In this document: piece after piece, positions 49,289 to 58,033 of the stretch
Position numbering within the stretch: the first letter of the stretch is position 1
How the letters are laid out: every line of letters starts with the position of its first letter
IMG/VR virus record: IMGVR_UViG_3300026478_000263
Reading direction: 5' to 3' (one strand)
Origin: a virus
Lineage: Duplodnaviria > Heunggongvirae > Uroviricota > Caudoviricetes
Length of the DNA: 64,000 bases
Made by a program: the position numbers and the translations under genes
The notes under the pieces: model-generated
What the model was told of the DNA's origin: nothing
The model's database searches: none
Seen by the model: only the letters and a program-made list of their open reading frames with translations

Positions 49289-50164
49289 ATGGACATGAAA
49301 CAAATTTTACAAGCACTAGATAAAGCATCTAGTCGTAGAGTAGAAGGCGCAAATGACATGCGCCGTTTCGTGTCTATTGTGCAGGAAAACAATACATTAA
49401 AAACAGTTGCTGACAAAGTTGCGTCTGCCGCTGATGCCGCAAAAGAAAAACTCAGCGACTTTAGACCGTATGATGAAAAAGCAGTGGCTAAGATGTATAA
49501 TATTAAAACTGCAAATAAAAAAGAAGACAGCGATCTAGAAGAAGCAGGCAGACCTGGGGAGCCGGGTTTTAAACCCAATCTACAAATTCCAAATGCTCCT
49601 GCATTTCCACAGGGCGATTTTTCTAAACCAGGTCGTTACGATTTAGAAGGCGGTGAGAAACTTACAGTAAAGCAAGACGGTACTAGAGTACACGATAGCG
49701 GGTTTGGTTCATTTACCTACGACAAAGCAGGTAAAGCAATCAAATATTCTAGTCCAATGTTTAACGGCTATAGTCAGGAACACGATTTAGTCACTGGCAA
49801 TATTACTGTAAAGTATATGAACGGTCCATTAAATGTTGTTAAGACCTATGACAAAACTGGCAAGGAAACAGGTGCCAGTGATGCCGAATACGATTTAGGT
49901 GTTGCAAAAGTTAGACGTCAACAAGATGCTAACAAGAATGTAACTAATACAGCATCTGTTCCTGACGGTGCTGCCACACACGTAGTACAACAGCAACAAC
50001 CAGCAACTATGGAAACTAAAAAATCTTTCTTAGACTACCTTACATTAGCAGAAGAAAAGCAAAAAGGTGTCGATGGTAAGGCTTGCTGGGATGGTTACAA
50101 ACGTATGGGTACCAAACAGAAAGGCGGTAAGACTGTTGATAACTGTGTCAAGGATGGAAAATGA
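49289..50164 (+). CDS. modular putative internal head protein
   Basis: KSFLDYLTLAEE then CWDGYKRMGTKQKGGKTVDNCVK module. Confidence 0.6.
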   Translation: MDMKQILQALDKASSRRVEGANDMRRFVSIVQENNTLKTVADKVASAADAAKEKLSDFRPYDEKAVAKMYNIKTANKKEDSDLEEAGRPGEPGFKPNLQIPNAPAFPQGDFSKPGRYDLEGGEKLTVKQDGTRVHDSGFGSFTYDKAGKAIKYSSPMFNGYSQEHDLVTGNITVKYMNGPLNVVKTYDKTGKETGASDAEYDLGVAKVRRQQDANKNVTNTASVPDGAATHVVQQQQPATMETKKSFLDYLTLAEEKQKGVDGKACWDGYKRMGTKQKGGKTVDNCVKDGK

Positions 50165-50547
50165 GAGCCCTTGTCTTAGCATTAGCAATATCATTAACAG
50201 GTTGCGCTACTGTTAAGAGTTGGATTCCTAGTTTCAGCGATCCTAATCAATCAGCACGTATTATAGACGTGCGTCAAAGTGTAGCACAATTAGATTGTAA
50301 ACAAGCACACGCACCACAGGTTAAAATTATCAAAGATAATTTAGAATGGTTTCAACTTTATAGTGAAAGCAAAGGTTGGCGTCAACAGGACGTTCTTAAG
50401 TTAGTTAAACCTATGCAGGAAACTGTAGATGACTTTTATAAACGCAGTACAGAAAAGCAGGGTAGCGAAACTTACTGCGAAATTAAAAAGAAATTAATGG
50501 CTACACAAGCGGATAAAGCCGCTAGTGCAGTTCTTGGGAGATTCTAA
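50161..50547 (+). CDS. lipoprotein
   Basis: MRALVLALAISLTGC lipobox. Confidence 0.75.
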   Translation: MRALVLALAISLTGCATVKSWIPSFSDPNQSARIIDVRQSVAQLDCKQAHAPQVKIIKDNLEWFQLYSESKGWRQQDVLKLVKPMQETVDDFYKRSTEKQGSETYCEIKKKLMATQADKAASAVLGRF

Positions 50548-50780
50548 TGATAGAACAGTTGCAGATGTTAACACAATGTGGTCGCCCATGGGCGGCTGAA
50601 CGTGCCGCAGTGGCATTGCAGATATGTGAAGCACGTCAGCAAGGACAAATAGGCGAAGACGAGTTTAGAGAATTAATGCTAGACCTAGTCAGAACAGATA
50701 AATTAGAAGAAGAGGCAGACGACATAAATTTAAAAACTATGTTAGTCACAGCCGTATACGCAGTAGCACAGGTGGCATAA
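50547..50780 (+). CDS. hypothetical phage protein
   Basis: 77-aa ORF, TAATG coupling. Confidence 0.7.
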   Translation: MIEQLQMLTQCGRPWAAERAAVALQICEARQQGQIGEDEFRELMLDLVRTDKLEEEADDINLKTMLVTAVYAVAQVA

Positions 50781-51215
50781 ATGGAAGAATTAGCAAAAGC
50801 ACTTAAAATAGTATTCGCATCAGAATTTAGTTTTTATCTAAAGGCACACTACTTTCACTGGAACGTAGAAGGACCTGATTTTGCAGAATTTCATGAACTA
50901 TTTGGTAACATCTACGAAGAAGTATATGGAAGTATAGATACTTTTGCAGAAAATATTCGCAAGAGTGGTAGTTACACTCCTGGTAGTTTTGAACGTTTCA
51001 CTATGCTTACTAAAATTGATGATGAAACAGAGATTCCAGATGCACTATCTATGACACAAATTTTATTAGAAGACTCTGATAAAATGGCTAACTTATTTGG
51101 CCTAGTGTACAAAATTGCAGAAACAAACAATGAATTTGGTCTTGCTAATTTCCTAGCAGATCGTCAAGATGCTCATCGCAAACATTCATGGATGTTGCGA
51201 GCAACTCTAAAATAA
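50781..51215 (+). CDS. dps: Dps/ferritin-like DNA protection protein
   Basis: KAHYFHWNVEGPDFAEFHELFGNIYEE, DTFAENIR, HSWML. Confidence 0.92.
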   Translation: MEELAKALKIVFASEFSFYLKAHYFHWNVEGPDFAEFHELFGNIYEEVYGSIDTFAENIRKSGSYTPGSFERFTMLTKIDDETEIPDALSMTQILLEDSDKMANLFGLVYKIAETNNEFGLANFLADRQDAHRKHSWMLRATLK

Positions 51216-51254
51216 TGGAAAACGAATATCCAGTTTACCCAGAGGAAGATGGCT

Positions 51255-51353
51255 ATGACCGTCCGAGAAACCCTTACAGCCCTGTTTAATGACATTGTAG
51301 AAGGGTTAGCTCGCTTTGGATGCGGATTAGCCGGAATTCCTTATGAATTGTAA
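51255..51353 (+). CDS. small ORF, 32 aa (MTVRETLTALFNDIVEGLARFGCGLAGIPYEL)
   Basis: GAGG SD 9 nt upstream; overlaps an alternative 24-aa ORF at 51215-51289. Confidence 0.4.
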   Translation: MTVRETLTALFNDIVEGLARFGCGLAGIPYEL

Positions 51354-51355
51354 GA

Positions 51356-51440
51356 ACATACCCTAGGACCGTTTGGGGTTATGTGCCCGGCTGCTGGGCT
51401 AATCAACGGATTCGCTACCCTGACGATTTAAAGTGAGCAC
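51356..51440 (+). ncRNA. candidate structured RNA, family unassigned
   Basis: GC-rich intergenic stretch with three stems and a possible CCGUU/AACGG pseudoknot. Confidence 0.4.
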
Positions 51441-51441
51441 T

Positions 51442-51449
51442 GATAAATA
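51442..51449 (+). promoter_or_regulatory. late promoter
   Basis: GATAAATA. Confidence 0.75.
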
Positions 51450-51475
51450 CTTAATAAGATTTTGGGGACAAACAA

Positions 51476-53254
51476 ATGGATATTAGATCAATTCTAAACA
51501 AATTGGATACTGTAGTACTTGCAGAGGCTATCACAATCAAAGACGTTGAAGCCGCAGTTGCTGGTAAATCAGACGAGCAAGAACGTGCAGAGATCCTTAA
51601 TGACCTAGCATGGAAACACAAACTACCAGGTTTGTATGATCCTGTTAGCGGTTACTTTGTTGGCAAGCAAGGACAGCCAAACAGCATGGGTGGCAAATAC
51701 AGTATTGCCGCAACTGCAACATCAAGCGCAGATAAAACACTTGCAGATCTAGGTTTAGTTCCACAAAACGCAAAAACATCTACAGCACTAGGACGTATGT
51801 TCCGTGGCGACGACAAAGGCGAACACGATACCGCAGTTAAAGGTACTAGTGACAAAGTTAATAAAGATCGCCAGACTGCCGAAATTAAAGCAGAAAAACT
51901 TCCGCAATTAGCGGACTTGGTTAAAAAGTTACAATCTATTACTGGTGGATCAGATACCGGAACAGCAAGTAGCGGAACTGGACTTAAGATGCCAGGCATG
52001 ACTGCTAATGCTCCAAAACTTGGTGGATTAAAAGTTGGTGAAGGAAGTATCTTTGAATCATTGATGAGAGAATTCCAAGACGTAGTTGGTGATGTACCAA
52101 TGCAAGAGCAACTAAGTCCAGAAGCCAAGGCAGTGGCAGATCAAATTAATGCGTTAATTGACGAATTAGAAACTTTAGGAGATGATCCAGAAGTACGTAA
52201 AGCAATCGATGATGCTAAGAAAACTGTTGCAGATGTTGAAGCAGCCGAAAAAGCAAAATACGATGCAAAGATGGATAAAGACTTAGATGCCGCAAGTGCA
52301 GAAGCAGATAAAGTTGCCGCTGATACTAAAGCATCTCAAGACAAGACTGCACAAGATAAGACTGCACAAGATAAGAAGACTGCTGGTGCAGATCCTGCAA
52401 TTCAGAAAATTCAAGAACAACTAAAAGCATTAGGTGTTGACCCTGGTCCAATCGATGGTAAGATGGGTCCTAAAACTGTTGCTGGTATTAAAGCATTTGA
52501 AAAGATGGCAGGCAAACCAGAAACTGGTAAAGTTACTCCTGAACTATCTACACTATTGGCAGACGGTAAAAATATCGTTGCACGTAGTCAGTTAACACAA
52601 TCATTAACTGCTATCGAAGCAATCGTTACTAAGTACAAAATTTCTGAAAGTGTAACTGAAGAAGATGTATTAGCAATGACTGAAAACGAAGCAAGAGCGT
52701 TTGTTATGAAAAATATCAAATACTTTAGCGAAGCAGAACAAATTGCTATTACAAGAGATTATCTAAGTGAAGCACCTGTGCCAGCACTACCTGGTCCTGG
52801 CGGCAAACTACCGGCACTATCTACACCAGGTGGTGCTAATCCAAACGTCATCGATGTTCCATTCAGAGACATTACTCCAAAACCAAGTTGGGGACAACGT
52901 GCCATGGACTTTGTCAAAGGCGCAGGATCAAAGGCACTTGGTGTACTAAAGAATCCAAAAGCGGCTATTGCAACTGCCGCTGTTGGTGGGGCATTGGCAC
53001 TAGGCGCACTATGGAAAGCATTTAGCGGCGGTGACATTGAAATGGATCCAAAAGATCTAGCAGAACTACAGAAGCATTTGAAAGTTCTAGATCAATATGG
53101 ACAAGATCCTGCAATCAAAGCAGGCTTACCAGCAGATGTCCAAAAACGTCTAGATGTTGTAATTTCCAAGTTAGACAAACTTAAAAAGGCTAAGGCAGCA
53201 GGCGGACAACAACCTGCGGCTCCTGCGGCAGCACCTGCGGCTCCAGCAAAGTAA
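51476..53254 (+). CDS. late protein with peptidoglycan-binding domain and C-terminal hydrophobic helix
   Basis: IQKIQEQLKALGVDPGPIDGKMGPKTVAGIKAFEK; AIATAAVGGALALGALW. Confidence 0.7.
   Translation: MDIRSILNKLDTVVLAEAITIKDVEAAVAGKSDEQERAEILNDLAWKHKLPGLYDPVSGYFVGKQGQPNSMGGKYSIAATATSSADKTLADLGLVPQNAKTSTALGRMFRGDDKGEHDTAVKGTSDKVNKDRQTAEIKAEKLPQLADLVKKLQSITGGSDTGTASSGTGLKMPGMTANAPKLGGLKVGEGSIFESLMREFQDVVGDVPMQEQLSPEAKAVADQINALIDELETLGDDPEVRKAIDDAKKTVADVEAAEKAKYDAKMDKDLDAASAEADKVAADTKASQDKTAQDKTAQDKKTAGADPAIQKIQEQLKALGVDPGPIDGKMGPKTVAGIKAFEKMAGKPETGKVTPELSTLLADGKNIVARSQLTQSLTAIEAIVTKYKISESVTEEDVLAMTENEARAFVMKNIKYFSEAEQIAITRDYLSEAPVPALPGPGGKLPALSTPGGANPNVIDVPFRDITPKPSWGQRAMDFVKGAGSKALGVLKNPKAAIATAAVGGALALGALWKAFSGGDIEMDPKDLAELQKHLKVLDQYGQDPAIKAGLPADVQKRLDVVISKLDKLKKAKAAGGQQPAAPAAAPAAPAK
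52337..52375 (+). repeat. 15-bp tandem repeat, about 2.6 copies
   Basis: CAAGAYAAGACTGCA; encodes QDKTA. Confidence 0.85.
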
Positions 53255-53267
53255 AATACTAACACTT

Positions 53268-53293
53268 AAAAAGCGGCTTCGGCCGCTTTTTTT
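53268..53293 (+). terminator. intrinsic terminator with UUCG tetraloop
   Basis: AAAAAGCGGC-TTCG-GCCGCTTTTT followed by further Ts. Confidence 0.95.
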
Positions 53294-53313
53294 GTCTTTT
53301 GACAAAATATTCG

Positions 53314-53342
53314 TTGACTCTGATCAAATAAACATATATAAT
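53314..53342 (+). promoter_or_regulatory. sigma70-type promoter
   Basis: TTGACT(53314-53319)-17 nt-TATAAT(53337-53342). Confidence 0.85.
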
Positions 53343-53366
53343 TAAACTTATTACTAAGGAGATATC

Positions 53367-53627
53367 ATGGGCAATAGAACCTATGGACCAGAAGAAAAGG
53401 CCAAACTAGAGCGACTAATTAACGAAGGCGTTCAAGTCAAATATGAAATTGAAAGTCTGACAGAAGGCTTAAAAGAAACAGTTAAGGCAGTAGCAGAAGA
53501 ATTAGAAATCAAACCTGCACTAATTAACAAAGCAATCAGTATTGCACACAAAGGCAACTGGAACGATGTATTCAGTGATTTCGATGATTTAGAAACAATT
53601 ATCGTTACTGTTGGCAAAGACAAATGA
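53367..53627 (+). CDS. dsDNA-binding protein, T4 DsbA-like
   Basis: 86-aa helical; LERLINEG...LKETVKAVAEELEIKPALINKAISIAHK resembles DsbA pattern. Confidence 0.55.
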   Translation: MGNRTYGPEEKAKLERLINEGVQVKYEIESLTEGLKETVKAVAEELEIKPALINKAISIAHKGNWNDVFSDFDDLETIIVTVGKDK

Positions 53628-53917
53628 TAGACGCTATTTTTGGGCCAACTATACAATGGATCAAGGATGACTGGAATAGTCATCCATTTCGATTTATTGT
53701 TGAGTTACTTGCCTGGGCTGTTAGTATTGGCTGTAGTATTACTATGGCCGTTACTGTACCTAATCCGCCATTGCTTGCTCTGTATCCTGTATGGATTAGC
53801 GGCTGTGCGATGTATGCGTGGGCCGCTTATACTAGAAAATCATTTGGTATGCTAGCCAACTATATCTTGCTAACCACTATCGACACAGTTGGCTTGATCA
53901 GAATGCTAATTAACTAA
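53624..53917 (+). CDS. small membrane protein
   Basis: three hydrophobic segments. Confidence 0.7.
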   Translation: MIDAIFGPTIQWIKDDWNSHPFRFIVELLAWAVSIGCSITMAVTVPNPPLLALYPVWISGCAMYAWAAYTRKSFGMLANYILLTTIDTVGLIRMLIN

Positions 53918-53932
53918 TATAAAGAAAGGTTT

Positions 53933-53985
53933 AGTCAGCCACAAATGACTTGTTTGGTATTTGCCAGCCCTAAATGGCATAGGAG
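53933..53985 (+). promoter_or_regulatory. tandem hairpin translational operator candidate for DNA polymerase
   Basis: AGTCA-GCCACAAA-TGACT and TGCCA-GCCCTAAA-TGGCA immediately before AGGAG SD. Confidence 0.6.
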
Positions 53986-53997
53986 AAAAATTAAAAT

Positions 53998-56667
53998 ATG
54001 AGTTACGTTGACGCTCTCTTTGACAGAGAGAATGATATTATTAAGGTCGTAGAGCGAAACGACCAAGGCGAACGGGTTTTCAAAGAACATCCTGTACGCT
54101 ACACGTTTTACTATCCGGATCAAAAAGGCAAGTTTACTAGCATTTACGGCGATCCGCTGACTAGGGTAGTTTGTAAAAACACCAAAGACTTTCGAAAAGA
54201 ATTAGCCATTAACAGTGGTAAGGACTTATACGAAAGCGACATCAATCCAATTTTTGTACATCTAAGCGAAAACTATCTAAATCAAGATGCACCTAATCTA
54301 AATATTTGCTTCTTCGACATTGAGGTGGACTTCGATCCAGAACGCGGCTATAGCACTCCTGAAGATGCGTTTATGCCAATTACTGCTATCACAGTTCACC
54401 TAAAATGGTTAGACAAATTAATTACACTGGCTCTTCCTCCAAAGACATTAACCTTTGCTGAAGCCGAAGCGTTAGTAGCCGATATTCCAGATACACATCT
54501 GTTTACTAATGAAGCAGATATGTTGGAAACATTCTTAGATTTAATTCAAGATGCAGACATTATCACAGGTTGGAACAGCGAAGGCTATGATATTCCTTAT
54601 ACTGTTAACCGTGTGACACAGGTGTTAAGTAAAGAAGATACAAGACGTTTCTGTCTATGGAATCAATTTCCTAAACGTAGAGAATATGAAAAGTATGGCA
54701 AGACTGCACAAACATATGACTTAATTGGTCGTGTACACTTAGACAGTCTAGAACTTTATCGCAAGTTTACCTACGAAGAACGACACACCTATCGATTAGA
54801 TGCCATCGGTGAAATGGAAATTGGCGAGAACAAAACTGTTTACGAAGGCACACTTGATCAACTATACAACAATGACTTTAAAAGATTTATTGTGTATAAC
54901 AGACAAGACGTTGCACTATTAAACAAACTAGATGAAAAACTTAAATTCATTGACCTTGCTAATAAAATTGCACATGAAAATACTGTATTATTACAGACTA
55001 CAATGGGTGCTGTGGCTGTTACCGAACAGGCTATTATTAACGAAGCGCATCGTAGAGGTTTCCAAGTTCCTAATCGTCCTAAACGAGATGACGATGAAAA
55101 TACTGCGGCTGCTGGTGCTTATGTAGCACATCCGAAAGAAGGTCTGCAAGATTGGATTGGATCGCTGGATATTAACAGTCTTTATCCAAGCGCCATTCGT
55201 GCGCTTAACATGGGTCCGGAAACTATTGTAGGTCAATTACGTCCTACAATGACAGAAGCATTTATCCATGAACAAATGACTCTTAAAAAGAAATCGTTTG
55301 CAGGCAGTTGGGAAGGCAAGTTTGGAACTGACGAATACGAAGCAGTTATGGCACAACGTAAAGATGTGGAAATTACCATAGACTGGGAAGATGGCAACAG
55401 TACTGTACACAGTGGTGCAGAAGTATATAAAGTTATTTTTGATAGTCATCAGCCTTGGATGCTTTCGGCAAATGGTACAATCTTTACCTACGAAAAGGAA
55501 GGTATTATTCCTGGACTGTTAAAGCGTTGGTATGCTGAACGTAAAGAAATGCAGGCCAAATTAAAAGAATGTATTCAGGCAGGTAACAAGGTCGAAGAAG
55601 AGTATTGGGATAAACGTCAGTTAGTTAAAAAGATTAACTTGAACAGTTTGTATGGTGCTATTCTTAACCCAGGTTGTAGATTCTTCGATAAACGTATTGG
55701 ACAGTCAACTACTCTAGTCGGTAGACAAATTGCCAAACACATGGCTAGTAAAGTAAATGAAATTATCACAGGTGAATACAATCACGTAGGTAAGGCAGTT
55801 ATCTATGGTGATACAGACTCTTGTTATTTCAGTGCATATACTACATTAAAGAAAGACATCGAATCTGGAGTTATTCCTTGGACTAAGGAAAACGTTACTG
55901 CACTCTATGACCAAATTGGCGAGGAAGTAAACAGTACATTCGTTAAGTTTATGGAGCAGGCATTTCATTGCCCGCCAAGTCGTGGTGATGTTATTCGAGC
56001 AGGTCGAGAAATTGTTGCTAGTAAAGGATTGTTTATTACTAAGAAACGTTATGCTGTACTTTACTATGATAAAGAAGGCAAACGTGCAGACGTAGATGGT
56101 AAACCAGGCAAGATCAAGGCCATGGGCTTAGACTTGAAGCGCAGTGATACTCCTGCATTTATTCAAGACTTTTTAAGTGATGTACTTGAGAAAGTTCTAA
56201 CTGGTGCTACAGAAGAACAAGTATTAGATCACATTACTCAATTCCGTACAGAGTTTAAGGCCCGTCCTGGTTGGGAGAAAGGTTCTCCTAAGCGAGCCAA
56301 CAACATTACTGAGTACGAAGCCAAAGAAAAGAAACAGGGCAAGGCTAATATGCCTGGACACGTTCGTGCAAGTATTAATTGGAATACTCTGCGTCGAATG
56401 AATTCGGACAAGTATAGTATGCAGGTCACAGACGGCCAAAAAGTTATTGTATGTAAACTCAAAGCAAATCCGCTAGGGTACACATCGGTAGCATATCCTG
56501 TAGACGAACTACGTTTGCCTAAATGGTTTATGGAACTTCCATTCGACGATGCAGAAATGGAACAAACTATTATAGATAACAAACTAGAAAACTTAATTGG
56601 AGTTCTTAACTGGGATATTAAATCCACAGAAGAAAAGAACACATTTAATCAACTGTTTGAGTTTTAA
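53998..56667 (+). CDS. polB: family B DNA polymerase (T4 gp43-like)
   Basis: Exo FDIE, GWNSEGYDIPY, YNRQD; Pol SLDINSLYPS, KKINLNSLYG, YGDTDS. Confidence 0.97.
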   Translation: MSYVDALFDRENDIIKVVERNDQGERVFKEHPVRYTFYYPDQKGKFTSIYGDPLTRVVCKNTKDFRKELAINSGKDLYESDINPIFVHLSENYLNQDAPNLNICFFDIEVDFDPERGYSTPEDAFMPITAITVHLKWLDKLITLALPPKTLTFAEAEALVADIPDTHLFTNEADMLETFLDLIQDADIITGWNSEGYDIPYTVNRVTQVLSKEDTRRFCLWNQFPKRREYEKYGKTAQTYDLIGRVHLDSLELYRKFTYEERHTYRLDAIGEMEIGENKTVYEGTLDQLYNNDFKRFIVYNRQDVALLNKLDEKLKFIDLANKIAHENTVLLQTTMGAVAVTEQAIINEAHRRGFQVPNRPKRDDDENTAAAGAYVAHPKEGLQDWIGSLDINSLYPSAIRALNMGPETIVGQLRPTMTEAFIHEQMTLKKKSFAGSWEGKFGTDEYEAVMAQRKDVEITIDWEDGNSTVHSGAEVYKVIFDSHQPWMLSANGTIFTYEKEGIIPGLLKRWYAERKEMQAKLKECIQAGNKVEEEYWDKRQLVKKINLNSLYGAILNPGCRFFDKRIGQSTTLVGRQIAKHMASKVNEIITGEYNHVGKAVIYGDTDSCYFSAYTTLKKDIESGVIPWTKENVTALYDQIGEEVNSTFVKFMEQAFHCPPSRGDVIRAGREIVASKGLFITKKRYAVLYYDKEGKRADVDGKPGKIKAMGLDLKRSDTPAFIQDFLSDVLEKVLTGATEEQVLDHITQFRTEFKARPGWEKGSPKRANNITEYEAKEKKQGKANMPGHVRASINWNTLRRMNSDKYSMQVTDGQKVIVCKLKANPLGYTSVAYPVDELRLPKWFMELPFDDAEMEQTIIDNKLENLIGVLNWDIKSTEEKNTFNQLFEF

Positions 56668-56671
56668 AGAC

Positions 56672-56700
56672 TTGACTTTGACCAAAAACCTAAATATAAT
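56672..56700 (+). promoter_or_regulatory. sigma70-type promoter
   Basis: TTGACT(56672-56677)-17 nt-TATAAT(56695-56700). Confidence 0.85.
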
Positions 56701-56721
56701 CAACATTAAGGAGAACTATAA

Positions 56722-57456
56722 ATGATTAAAGATATTCTAACCGACATCGTAGCACATACACATAGCCTAGGCTTTTTGCCTTTGGTAAAAATTACAGGTG
56801 CTAAAGATAGCACAACTATCGAATCAATGGCAGAGGATCGTAGCGTTATTGTTACTGCTACTGCACACAAGCCAGTATCAGAGTTTGATGGCACATTTGG
56901 TATGCCAAACTTGGACAAGTTAAATCTTCACTTGAAGAATCCAGAGTATAAAGAAAACGCAAAGATCGATGTAGTTACTGCGGAACGTAACGGCAACACA
57001 GTTCCAGTAGGTTTGCACTTTGAAAACCAAGCAGGTGACTTCCAAAACGATTATCGTTTCATGGCATCAGAACTTATTAACGAAAAACTAAAATCTGTTA
57101 AGTTCAAAGGTGCAACATGGGAAGTTGAGTTTGAACCAAGCATGGCGGCAATTGGTCGTTTGAAGTTACAAAGTGCGGCACACAGTGAAGAAACTGTTTT
57201 CCAAGTTCGTACAGAAGATAACAATCTTGTATTCTTCTTCGGTGATGCAAGTACACACGCAGGTTCTTTTGTATTCCAACACGATGTTGGCGGCAAGTTA
57301 AAGCACACATGGTCATGGCCTGTTGCACAAGTACAAAGCATTTTAAATCTCGATGGTAATATTACTATGAAGATTGCAGATGCAGGTGCTATGCAGATTA
57401 CTGTTGACAGCGGTGTTGCTGTATATGATTACATCTTGCCAGCACAGAGCAAATAA
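56722..57456 (+). CDS. probable sliding clamp (gp45-like)
   Basis: 244 aa, alpha/beta pattern, follows polB; clamp loader present in window; no diagnostic motif. Confidence 0.5.
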   Translation: MIKDILTDIVAHTHSLGFLPLVKITGAKDSTTIESMAEDRSVIVTATAHKPVSEFDGTFGMPNLDKLNLHLKNPEYKENAKIDVVTAERNGNTVPVGLHFENQAGDFQNDYRFMASELINEKLKSVKFKGATWEVEFEPSMAAIGRLKLQSAAHSEETVFQVRTEDNNLVFFFGDASTHAGSFVFQHDVGGKLKHTWSWPVAQVQSILNLDGNITMKIADAGAMQITVDSGVAVYDYILPAQSK

Positions 57457-57458
57457 TC

Positions 57459-57812
57459 ATGACTATTGAACAATTACTATACGCTAACATTGCCGCCGTA
57501 GTTTTATTGGTTATCGTTTATCATAGAACAGGTTGGCAAAAAGTTAAAGAATGCTACGGCATGTGGTTTACAAAAGAGTATTGGACTAATTATAATACTG
57601 TAGAATTTGTAAGTTGGTTTGCTAAGGCATTGATTATTGTGCCAGGATTAATCTTTGGCATTAGCCTTTGGTGGTTGTACTTTTTGACTTTGGCTACTAG
57701 TCTAGCATTAATTTGGGCCAGTAATAAAAAGTTTTTGCCAACTTTAGTAGGGTTTAATACTGTATGGACTTGGATTAGTTGTATGGTATTGGCACAGCAT
57801 TTAATAAAATGA
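57459..57812 (+). CDS. membrane protein
   Basis: several hydrophobic segments. Confidence 0.7.
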   Translation: MTIEQLLYANIAAVVLLVIVYHRTGWQKVKECYGMWFTKEYWTNYNTVEFVSWFAKALIIVPGLIFGISLWWLYFLTLATSLALIWASNKKFLPTLVGFNTVWTWISCMVLAQHLIK

Positions 57813-58033
57813 AACTATTTAATTGGAATCGTTACGAAACAATAACTGAAGGTCCAATGGCTCACGATTATACTAATGCGTCTGTTAGAAAAGAAATATA
57901 CGAGGCTTATAATAAGCGTTATAAAATTTCAGTAACTCCCCTGACGCATCCAGAGCATTATGATCCGTTGGATCCTCCGTTAGGCTGGGCTTACGACCCT
58001 TACTACGAAATTTGGATACAACTTAATGAATAA
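57809..58033 (+). CDS. hypothetical protein (start re-called to 57809)
   Basis: ATGA overlap with upstream stop. Confidence 0.6.
   Translation: MKLFNWNRYETITEGPMAHDYTNASVRKEIYEAYNKRYKISVTPLTHPEHYDPLDPPLGWAYDPYYEIWIQLNE

Noticed and set aside
51405-51425. tRNA call from the T-loop-like GGATTCGCTACC
   Set aside because: No acceptor stem, D arm or anticodon arm; kept only as an unassigned structured RNA.
53299-53304. TTGACA just after the terminator, and another at 41154-41159
   Set aside because: No acceptable -10 box at 16-18 nt; the TTGACT at 53314 has the proper partner.
53998-56667. Intein or intron in polB (also considered for clpA)
   Set aside because: Normal lengths, contiguous motifs, no splicing or homing-endonuclease signatures.
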